Part shown: in pieces, positions 53,174 to 64,000 of the stretch | How the letters are laid out: every line of letters begins with the position of its first letter | Numbering within the stretch: the first letter of the stretch is position 1 | Assembly: GCA_051362555.1 (NCBI GenBank) | Contig: CM120640.1 | Location: 1,922,001-1,986,000, forward strand | Source: Lingula anatina | Lineage: Eukaryota > Animalia > Brachiopoda | DNA: 64,000 bases | Direction: 5' to 3' | Translations under genes and position numbers: made by a program | The notes under the pieces: model-generated | Seen by the model: the letters and a program-made list of their open reading frames with translations, nothing else | Told to the model about the DNA's origin: nothing | Databases searched by the model: none

Positions 53174-56100
53174 TTAAGACACAAATAAATACTTCACGTC
53201 AGGCATTCATGTGCAAGCCACTCATTAAATGTAGTGTTATCTTTTGCAGCATCTTCAAATAGAGGTAACCCTTATTAGGTTATCAGTTAAAGTATGATAA
53301 GGGACTGAATGCTACCACTTAGACATAATATGAGGTGGTGTGATGCTGTGAGTAACAGGTGCCCAGTGACATACCTTGAATACCAGTATAAGGATATTGA
53401 CAGGTGCCCCATGAACTAATGCAGATAGTAAAAAGAAAATTTCCAAGATTCTGTCGTGTGGATATTTTCACCTGGTCCACTCCACAGTTATGTGTCATTG
53501 TTGAATAATTAGTCACCTCAGTAACTGAAAGTTGGAAAGTTTGGAATGATTACTGATTGTCCTGATGTAGGCTTGGATGAATGGTTTTATTCATCCAATG
53601 TGTAGGCTTTGAGTGGTAACTTCCTGCTGCCCAGCTGATGCAGAGGGTGAACAGTTATTTTATATGAGCAATTTTACTGAATATTTGATCAACAACCTGT
53701 CCATATACGACTCCTTTTTTAGATTTGATGAAATTTGCTCTACACATAATACAAAGATTACATATTGGATTTTTGAAGGATTTTTTTCCCTTTGAATGTA
53801 CAGACAAGGCGGTTTAAATATATTGTTAGCAGAAAGAGAACATTTCAAAGGTTAAATATTGATTTGTCACAAAAAAGTGTATCTAAACACAGTAAGAATG
53901 AGAATAGTGGGGATTTCTTAGTGCCTTATGAGGTGTAAAAAAACCATGTTAAAGCAAACTTTTTCTCTTGTAGTAATGCAAGTGCCAAGACAAACATAAT
54001 ATTAAGCCTATTTAGGGGTGTTAAATTAAGAATGTGCCTACAACAGGTACTTTTTTTCCTTCATTCAAATAGTGTTGTAGTGTCGACTCAATCAATTTCC
54101 CCCATGAAAAACTCTCTTCTGGGTTAAACAACCTTTTTATCTGGCTAACCAATCTGTGATCTTTTCCTGACGCTCACAATACCTTTAATGAAAAGTTACA
54201 ATCTGAGAAAATTGAAAGTCCTTTTTTAAATTCTGCCATCATTTCTGAGCACCAACTTCCAGTTTGTGTGATTCAAAACTGTGCCAAGATGGTCCACAAG
54301 TGGACAGTTTGTCAGGTGGTAAATTAGGCTATTTTATAATTTATGGCACTTTTCTGTTTAAAATGAGAAAAAAATATTACTAGTCACACAATAAGTTCAA
54401 CAAGAAGGCCAAGTCGTTTGTGCACTTTTTAGTTTAAAAAAATGTTAAAAATTTTACATGCTTTATCCCTAAATCAAGGGGTTGCTATTCAAATATAAAT
54501 ACAACCAAACCGAAGGACGCAATAGGTTCCAAATAATTATTTCTTTACAAAAGTACAAAATTTGCATATGTATATACATTGACCATTTTCTTTCCATGAG
54601 CCACAAGTTGGCAGAAAATCTACTAAGCTCCATCAAATAAGATATGTTGATGTAAAACTGGAATGTTAGAAAAACTGCCAGATGATACCAACTGCAGGTC
54701 AGAGACAAGATATGGCCAATATGAGATCATAATGAAAACTATTTTAAATACACTCTGCAAACAAAATGAAGCCCTTATCCAGATATGTACACAAGGAATC
54801 TTAAATCAAATTGATAAATTATGAAATCTCTGCATCTGCTTTTGAAAGCATACCGTAATTTTTTGCACTGTAAAAATTAAGGCAGGTGCCTGCACATTCA
54901 ATATTTAAAATTTATGTAAAAAGTGCCTGTAAATGGCATTGAATCTGCATTTAGTGTTCAATAAACATATTTAACATCTTGCCTTCATATTAGCTTAATA
55001 AGGCTATGCTTTCCTTTACTTCTGAACCAAACATCTAAGAAATGTTGCTAAATTTTGGGAATTTTGGAATAAACTCAGCAGTTACTGGTCACACTCTGAC
55101 ACCTATTCAATATTATGTACAAAGGTGAAAGTTGTAAAAACTGAAAATCCTGAAATTGGGCAAAATCCTGAAAACGTTTACCCATGAATATGTAAGACCA
55201 GTTTCTTTCCAATTGAAATGGTTTCACTAACTACTATCATCAGTATCAGAACTGTGTATTTTAAATAATGAAAAATATCGTATAACAATGCACCTCTAGT
55301 AATACCACTGTCTCAAGCTTATAATACACCACTAATATAAACTATCAGAAGCTTTATAAATTACATTATATACAGTTTATACATAATAATAAATATAAAT
55401 AATATTACACAACACTGAATATCAAAAAGACATTTATAAATAAAAAAAAATATTGAGATCAATGAATCCATTCCACAGCACCCCAAGCACCTTCATGTTA
55501 CCCAGATAACTGTCTGGTCAAATTGCAATTTAAATTAAAAAAAAAAAAATACAATTCATCAGGTTGATTGCTCTTTCCTTTTTCCACAGAGTACAGATAT
55601 TTAGACTTAACAACTTCCAAATTATAAATAAGATAACAAACTACTACTTCAACCAAACAAACCCAGAGACTCAATAAGATGCAGGGACCAAACTTAAAGG
55701 ACTGTGCCATTCTACTGGTCCTACTTTAAAATCTGCCAGAAAAAAAGTGGATTCAAAATTGATGTTGCATGATGTTACTGTAAAGGTTAAAAGCTCTCAA
55801 CAATCATTACTGCCTTTAGGCCCACATCAGTGAGTCAATGGCTTTATAAACGGAGGGTTCACCTTTTAATGTGCAAATCAGACAGTAATTTCAAAATATT
55901 TCACACATAATTATCACTGAATTAGTGACTTCACCCTCCACCTTGCTGTCAATGTGTTATCAACCTTAAAATTCCAGCCAAAGAGTCAGTATTTTTGCTG
56001 TCTCCTTTCATTTTCCCAGTAGGTATAATCCTAATTAAATCCAACAAGTGCTCTTTTTTAAGATCATTTCTATCATCTGAATTAGTGAAATTATCACTCC

Positions 56101-56337
56101 AGAAAGGCTTGACAACAATTAATTACAACAACACAATTACCCATTTGATGATAATTTAGAGTGGGAGAGCATTTTTCTTCAGATGCAATCATTTCACAAT
56201 TCTGAGTCCTTGCATACATTATATTACTGCTTTCTTTCATCAATCATTGGGAAACACGGTGCAGTTGAACTGATCTTCCATGAGGACGATTCTGGCAGGA
56301 TATATTAATATCAGCATCTGTTCAGGAAGGGCTGTGT

Positions 56338-59300
56338 TCAGGAGAGTTTCTTAATGGCCCACTTTACCCCTAGCACGCAGGCCACACCCAGACCTACCCA
56401 GACAATCACCTTGCTGAGGATTTTCACAGATCCATGGATAACTTTACCCTGGAAAGAAAAATCAGATGTAATAAACACATCTTTTTTTCTTTTTTTTTTT
56501 TAACAAATATTAAGACATTATTTTTATTTTCAACTTATTTAAACACATTTTAGAGTTGAAAAGACATCTATAATTTGAAAATCAACATATATTAGAAATA
56601 AATACAATAAGATAAAAATAGCAATTTGGGGATTTACATTACAAATGCCCACAATTTTTTTTCCATCATTGGACCAAATTGAAAATAAAATTGTGAACTC
56701 CTGCCACACTAAATGCAAAGTGGAAAAATTTTTTTCTTAACAATCTGACTTGACAAGAGTGAAGTGTCTATAAGCAGCCCATTACTCACAAAATGAGCTG
56801 CAAAATGAAAGAAAAAAATTTTCTCACCCTTTTTACACACTATCAGAGTTAAAAGATCTTCAAATTGAAAATAAACATTACTATAAATTAATTCGATGAG
56901 ATTTAAAAAAAGTAACTTGGGATTTTCACACGTTTCACAATTTTTTTCATCAGTCAGTCAGATTTTGAAAAACAAAACATAAGTTTTCTTCTGTAACACT
57001 GAACACAAAAGTAAACAAAAGTTTTTTGTTTTTCACAATCTGGCTAGGCAACACTGGTGCGTCTCCTTTACTCACCCAACCTCCATGGTGCTCCACCCAC
57101 ATGCAGACTTTCTCCGTGATGTAACTGACCGACCACTGGATCAGCTGCCTGAAGTAATCCACGGAGCACGCTCTCAGCGTCTTGATTGCCAGGTCCGAGC
57201 AGAAGAAAAACAGAACCAGAATTCTCTCTTTGGTGATCCTCTCATCAAACAACTCCTGGAGGAGTTGAAAGAAATTTTCTTGGTCAAGGCTTGAAAATCC
57301 CACCTGTGAAAATAGACATTTCACGTAAATGTGATCAAACAGTTAGAGTGCTAAAAGTTTTTTTTAAGTCCTTGAAAACATACTTTCAAATTAAACAATC
57401 TACCAAACCCCTCAAGTAAAAACTTTATCAATCAATTAATTTTAATTAAAACTAGTTTCCCAATGATTTTATATTATTTTCAAAATTCAATTTATTGTAA
57501 AATATTTCCATAAATTACACATTACATTTACTAGTAAATATACTAATACGCAATCTGCAGCTATGGGGTTTAAACCAACTCTCCCTACTTCAGCCCCAGC
57601 ACTGAAACGCATGGCTGGTCATGACAAATTATCAGAATTTCAGGAAACTAATCTTACAACACCCAAGGTCACATTCTACCTCTGTCAGCATAAGGGCCAT
57701 TGTATTTCATCTCAAACATCCTCTGTAGGTTGTTCATTTTGTGTTAGACACATAACACGTCAATGAAGTCGAATGCCTAGATTCCCAGGCCATATTCTAC
57801 ATGTATATGCTAGCAATCAATAATTCAAGGTCTGGCACAACAACCTTTTTATTATTTTTCAACTTTAGAGTTCTTTGGGTCTTTTGTATGATAGACACAA
57901 TAATATAATAATAACCAGTTTTACCAGATTTCGTATTTAAAAAGAAATTAAAAAGCTTTGTATTTTTGTGGTATAAAATGCAGATACAGTTTATGAATTT
58001 TGGATGTGTTCTTGTGCTTATCTTCATAACTGTGATCATGCAGACATCTGTTTTGACGAGTATTTTTTTTTTAATTCTAGAATCTGCTTACTTTTTACAT
58101 TAACTAGAACATCAGCTACTAGTACACCAATAAAGAACACCTCTAAGATTTTTATCACAGAACATCTCTAGACTTTATTACAAAGCTAACACTGGACAAA
58201 CACATCCCACAGACACTATCTTTTGGGTTAATCTTATCGGACAATGTGAGTTAATCACACAAGGGGACCATGACAAGTGTCCACATCTGATAAAAGTATA
58301 AAAATAACTGCCCACGACAGCGACATAAATCATGCATGTTTACTGCTTTATTTCAAATGCTGATCTCATCCTACGTTTGACTATTGAATTAATTATAAAA
58401 TCTGTAACTGCTATGTGTTAGGTGGACCAATGTAATTACATCATGACAATTAATGTTTTCTAAAAAATTGAAAAAATGTTTTTATTAAACAAAAACAAGT
58501 TGAAAAATTTGTACACATACATAGGACTTCACTACATGAGTCATGATGCATTACACAACCAAGTTTACTGAATCAGTCATTCATAAAATAAAGTTGTCAA
58601 CAAGAGCATTTTTCATTGTCTGGATGGTATAATTACAGTTTTACAAGATGACTCGATATTTTTGTGCCATTAAAAAAGTTTAATTTCATTTTCCATCCTT
58701 TCAGATTTATGTCTATATTCAAGACATGCAGTGCCACAAGACCATCAAGACCAGCAGCCAACAATATTGTTATATATCTCAAAGAGGGGGGGATTTTTTC
58801 TGAATAAGTGGACTTTTTTATGTCCCCATTATGACTCGACTTTAGAAATGGTACAGGACCCAAGTCAAATCTTTTTTAAGAACCCCCCCCTCCCCCTGGC
58901 CTGATTATATACTTCAATTTAACATTGCACTAATGGCCAACTATCAGCAGCTTTGAGTAAATATGTAGTTGCCTGCATTTTGCCCTTTCATCTGGAAATT
59001 ACCCTTATTTCATGTCTCAACAAGTGAAAAAAAGGCTGAAAGGTTTTTCCAATATGTCACCAAGACCAATAAATGACAAGCTATCTAATAAAAAACACCA
59101 TGATCTCTGTGTTCAATGGTAAATAAATCCCTGAACCCCATGCTTTGTCCATTTTTAACAGATAATAGTCAAGATAAACAGTTGTTCCCTTTCTGTATCA
59201 GATGAGGTGTTTTAATACCACGCTTATGTCAATATGTCATATTTAACAGTGACATAATACACCTGGCAGGCTTTGTTGTTGACACTACCTGAGTCAAGGT

Positions 59301-62300
59301 GAGTCACCTTGGGAGGGACCCTCTCTGTGAAAGGGGAACCCCCTAACGAAACACTGGGCACACAACTAATCTGATAATGAACCTTAATAATGGGGTATGC
59401 TGGTTCCAAGGTGAAACTGTCCACCACAAAAGATGAGATCATACGCCATTATAACCTGTGGGACTGAATGATGAAATACAAAAGGGGGTCTTATCTGACA
59501 AAATTTCCCGCCGCATCAAACGATTTAAAATAGATTGCCAAATTAATAACAAAATGAACATGAAAACAAAACAAATGAAACAGAAATGTACTGAGATCAA
59601 AAAAAGTTGCAGAGAGAGAGAGAGAGAGCATAATTCATCCATATCTAACTTTTTATGACATAAGTTTCTAAATTATATTACATTTAAAATAGCAAAATTT
59701 TGGACAACCAATTTATGACACAATTCCTGAGGTAGTGCTAACACTCGCCAATTTAGCCAAATGCTAAAACTAACTTAAATTGGCTAAACAAAAAGGGTTT
59801 GATTTGACTAATTTTAGTCAAATTAAAACCACTTGGATGACAAATTGACAAAAAAGTGGTGAGTCATTCAACTTTCTGTCAAAACAGTCCAGAATTTCAT
59901 GAAGTAAGAAATAAATCTTGCCTTAGAAGCCCTGTCTTTGATTTTCTCCCTCTCCTTGGGTCGGGTTCGTTCAAATTCATCTGCGATTAATCGGAGATCT
60001 TTTCCTGCGTGTGCCCAAGCTGGGTTGGTATAGCCTGTGGGATTCCTGGAAACAACAAGGAAGTTAGTCAACTTCTTCACATCCCTTCTCCAGGTAAATA
60101 ATCTCATTACCAGTTCATATCATGGTTTACTAAACTTCTCTTGTCATGTTTTTCAGGGGCGGATCCAGAGATAATTTCTGAGTCTTCCAAATTATTTTTG
60201 TTGATCAATCCTCCATTTTTGAACTACATTTGATAATAACTTGAACTACATTTGAAAAGTATTTTAAATTTCTGATGGAAGAGACAACATGAATTTCTTC
60301 TAAAACTACTATCTATCTCTTTTTTTGTTATTATACTCCATAAATAAGGATCAAATGTTTCTGGATCCATATAAAATATTTGTCTGCAAATTACTAACTT
60401 CCATGCATCTAAAGCAAGAACATTGGAATTTAGCCAAATTGTCAATTAATATTTGTGTGTACAGCAATGCCTTGATTATTGGAAATTTTTCATTTTCCTG
60501 AACCCAAGACCAAGCTTGGTTGCTGTAAGGACAAAAGGCCTAAGATATTATCATATCAGTCTTCTGATGTTTACCTTCCTCTAAGGAAAGACCATGTTAA
60601 TAATGAAAGTTTGCAAAGCAGGGAATTACATCTTGTCTGGGCAGATAAAGTGCTTTGTAAAACTGAACATTTCACTGGGTGCTGGAAAGATGCCAATTCC
60701 AATGTTTTGCCACTTGTTGGCAGACTCCAGTGAAAAGTGATACACAAATTTTCCCCCTGCACCTGGCCTGCAGTCATCTTTTTGTGGTCTAACATGTCTG
60801 CTCATTCCATAGAAACAGATATATTATGGAGAAAAAAAGGGATGTACTACCAGTACATTAGTAACCTTGAGGGTTCTACGAGTAAAACACTACCAACCAA
60901 AAGTTACTCAACTTTAAAAATGTCCCTGCCAACCACAGATGTTATCTAGAAAGGTGCTGATACTATTAGCTGTCAATCAAAATGCCAAATTTTGACCCAA
61001 ACTCTGACAGTCCTAGTAACGGCCACTGTGGATCCACTTCTTTGGGAGAGAGAGGGGGATGGGGGACAAAATAACTAAACCCAAGTTAATAAAGGGGAAA
61101 AAATAAACAATTTAGTTCAGTCTGTTGATGACATAGCATTTTATCCAATTTGCCTGCATTTTGTCTCCTAAATCAATATGCTGGCTTCTTATTTAGTAAA
61201 ATACATCATAAAAAACCACTGAAACCTAAAAATCATTCTGCTTCAATATAAATAAACAGTAAGAAATTATGTTCCATAAAGTGTTTTAAAAATATTCCTA
61301 TGTATCTTCATAAACTTTTCATTCCACCTTAAAAAAGAAAGTTTCTTAGCACGTGCATCATAGCAGTTTCCCCAACCAGGTGCAGCACAAGGAGGGTGCC
61401 ACTGTCTGCAAACGCGACTAGAGTTACAGCTGTACCACTATAGTTACCACTACAGCCAACCCTGTGCTCAGACTGTGTTCTGGTTTATTGACAACCACCT
61501 TTTTAAACAAATATCACATATCCAGAATAGCCCAACTATGTCAAAAATTGTCACAAGAATAGATACAATATCTTATCTTCAGTTTCAGCTGAATGCTAAG
61601 ATAAGCTTGTCAACTTATTCAGTTCTCTATTACTAAGTTAAGTAAATATATGTCTAATAAAATTAGACATGCCAACAGTGTGAAAACAACACCTGTTCAA
61701 TCTCCTTGTCTGCTCAGTGAAGGAGGAGTTTAACCACAAGTCAATCGTGTAACCAAAAAAACAGTCAACCACAAATGGGAAGTGACTAAATCATCGACAG
61801 ACACTTTCAACATAACTGCAGTTGTTTACAGATAAGGTCAGTTTGAGTAGTGGCTGACAACAATCAGTAATCCAATGCCCAAGTAGAACTATCACAGCCT
61901 GGAAATGACTTGGTTTGCCAGCTGAGTGGGCTATAAATAGAATTGCCATGTGCAAGTTTTATTTTGAGACTGCTGGGTATTGAAACAACATAATTATATT
62001 AATACACCTTTTAGTTCAATTGACAATGTCTGAAACATGCATACTTGAAGCCCAAGAGAAATGCATTTAATTGCTGAAAGTGACAGAAAAGAGGATATTC
62101 ATTGCCTTATATATTTATACCTTTCTTAAGACTTGGATCAAATGTTAAATGTCCTTAAGGAAAGGTACTGTTCATTCACTTTTAGCTAGGTGAAGAAAAA
62201 GATGTCTTCAAAACCTATATGAAAAGGGCACTTAATATATAACTGGGCATATTAATAGCCAAAACCTGATAATTCCTAAACTGTATATTTTGACCAAAAT

Positions 62301-63214
62301 CTAATATTCAAGTATGGTCCCTTTTATTCAATCCTAACAGGGGCACACAATCAATAAGAATAAAACAATACAAAATACAGTGAATGATTATGTCATAATA
62401 AATTTATCCAACATCTCATGGCTTGGTGCCAAAACAATCAAACTCATAAAGGTAAAATATAAATTATATACCAACAAAACCCCTTCAGAATGTAATAATG
62501 GGTGTTTATAACAAGCAAAACTGAGGTCTTCATGGCATCCGCTCTGATCATTTTTATTTTCATCTATTTTCTCATCTTCAGTGATACAAAAAAAGTTTCC
62601 CCAGCATGTCCAGGCATGATTTCATGGTAACTGTCTCCATGCCTTCCAATATTAGAGTAAACAAAGGGGAAAACAGTACAAGTTATGATTATATATATAT
62701 ATGAAATTACTTCTCCTGTTTAGACTAGGAAGATAAATATTAAAAGAAGAGAAATACATGCACTGCTTGCCAGCAATTATGTTGCCTCAGGAGAATGGTC
62801 GGAAATTGAGTTTTAGCGTGTTTTCTCAACTCATTCCCATTTCAACAGTGCACTTAGGGTGAAACCAGCAAGTTCCTGATCTTACTTTAGACGATAATTT
62901 CTACAGCAGAAAAATAGCAACACCTACCCCAGAACTTCAGGTGAAAAACAATCCTGCGGTTCTTCGAGGCCCTCTTTCTGAATCTCGCTTCTGACGAAGT
63001 TTTCAAAAAGTTCTTTCCCTTCTTCGACCGTGTCGTCGCCCGGAAGGTGGACCTTGGAAACACACACTGGACAAGAAAGGGCCTGGCGGTCCAACGTATT
63101 CAAACTGTCCGATCTGTGTCTTTGCGCTAAACCCATGTCTAGATTCAACTGAGTCTGCGACAGTCTTGTTCGAAATCTCGTTTGTTGTCTTTCTACTACT
63201 GCAGCCGCAGCCAT
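56338..63214 (-). CDS. Bcl-2 family protein (Bax/Bak-like; BH3, BH1-like, BH2, C-terminal TM), 4 exons, ~249 aa
   Basis: Exons 63214-62928, 60045-59922, 57303-57076, 56448-56338 (750 nt). BH3 'LRLIADEF', BH1-like 'ELFDERITKERILVLFFF', BH2 'WVEHHGGW', TM 'VIVWVGLGVACVLGV' plus a basic tail. Intron 2 requires a GC donor. Confidence 0.85.
60154..60225. mobile_element. Truncated copy of the 7262-7428 MITE
   Basis: 'caggggcggatccagag..attt.ctga.gtcttccaaattat.ttt.ttgatc.atcctcca'. Confidence 0.7.
62602..62621. promoter_or_regulatory. p53-family response element-like site in intron 1 of the Bcl-2 family gene
   Basis: CAGCATGTCC-AGGCATGATT: two RRRCWWGYYY half-sites, zero spacer, 18/20 match, both with CATG cores. 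Confidence 0.5.
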
Positions 63215-63284
63215 CCTAAAAAGTCTTTGATGTATTGGTTTAATGATATTCGTGAATTCGTATGCTGTTCTTTCCCCTGTAGTG

Positions 63285-63515
63285 CCACTGTCACGTCACG
63301 TTATTTCACCTCATACGCTCGCCAGGTGTTTGCGTTAATGCCGACTGATCATGCCTTTTTGTCCCTTCTCAGACACTCACTTAATATTTATGAGTCACTT
63401 ACGCGACGCGCGCCGACTCTTCACTTTCACATACTAAAACTGTTTGAGCACGCGCCAGATGACATTTAACCCGGAAGTATGAATGTAGTTTAATGTTAAA
63501 TTTTAACCAATCAAA
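63285..63515. promoter_or_regulatory. Promoter region of the Bcl-2 family gene
   Basis: CpG-rich patch upstream of the ATG, with TGACGTGA (minus strand, 63291-63298), TGAGTCA (63391-63397), CCGGAAGT (63471-63478) and CCAAT (63507-63511). Confidence 0.55.
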
Positions 63516-64000
63516 AACCGCTGTTTATTTTCTTCGGAGTTGTCAGTCTTCGCTTCACTAGCCGATTGCACGGGGCCGAACTTTTGTGTGGTGTGAAGGT
63601 TTGTAGAATGTTTGCTGAGCATCAGAGAGCAAATGTAGATTTGTGTTTCGGCTGATGCAAACATATAACTGTTTTCCTTCTAATCGACTGATGCAATTTG
63701 CTCTACAGTGCATACTTACACATTTTGGATACCAGTAACAGACGACGGCATTCTTTCACAATCACAACTCCCAATTGTTAATTTCTGATACACTAACAGC
63801 CCCAGCTCTGCAGTTTTGTTAAATTTACTGAAATAGTAATTTCATCTCGATTGCATCCATAATAGCTCTATTTTGTGTTTGTTTTGTACATATAATATGT
63901 TAAGAGAGAGCTGGTTTACAGTTATCAGTGGACATGGCGTTGGATGCTATACATATTTTATGAACAATGGAAATATTGTATGCATAAAGAACACCGAATG

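Noticed and set aside
63470-64000. Start of a further + strand gene
   Set aside because: Only promoter-like motifs and a possible donor; no coding evidence inside the window.

Overview
AT-rich, intron-containing animal genomic DNA, probably a marine invertebrate or lophotrochozoan (inference only). I reconstructed eight spliced protein-coding genes by hand, and all exon phases close. Their orientation alternates strictly: 3' part of NCAPD3 (+), a stand-alone DUF547 protein (-), TBC1D7 (+), a membrane-anchored SDR of the 17b-HSD2/RDH type (-), EMC10 (+), SYCP3 (-), UBL7 (+) and a Bax/Bak-like Bcl-2 family gene (-). They form three head-to-head pairs. Introns and intergenic DNA carry non-autonomous Helentron-type (HINE) elements, one holding ~20 x 146-bp satellite units, plus PIF/Harbinger-type palindromic MITEs, a small TIR MITE family, a TTAA-flanked Kolobok-like element and microsatellites. 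The main observations are a U12-type intron in the DUF547 gene, a 92-nt strand-biased (G-U rich) pre-miRNA-like hairpin in a UBL7 intron, and a satellite array made of perfect nuclear-receptor DR1 sites. The Bcl-2 gene has a p53-type element, an AP-1/kB cluster, a GC-AG intron and a non-canonical BH1. A transposon end appears to supply an EMC10 splice-acceptor region. I found no unambiguous new multi-gene system. All family assignments rest on motif recognition, not database searches.
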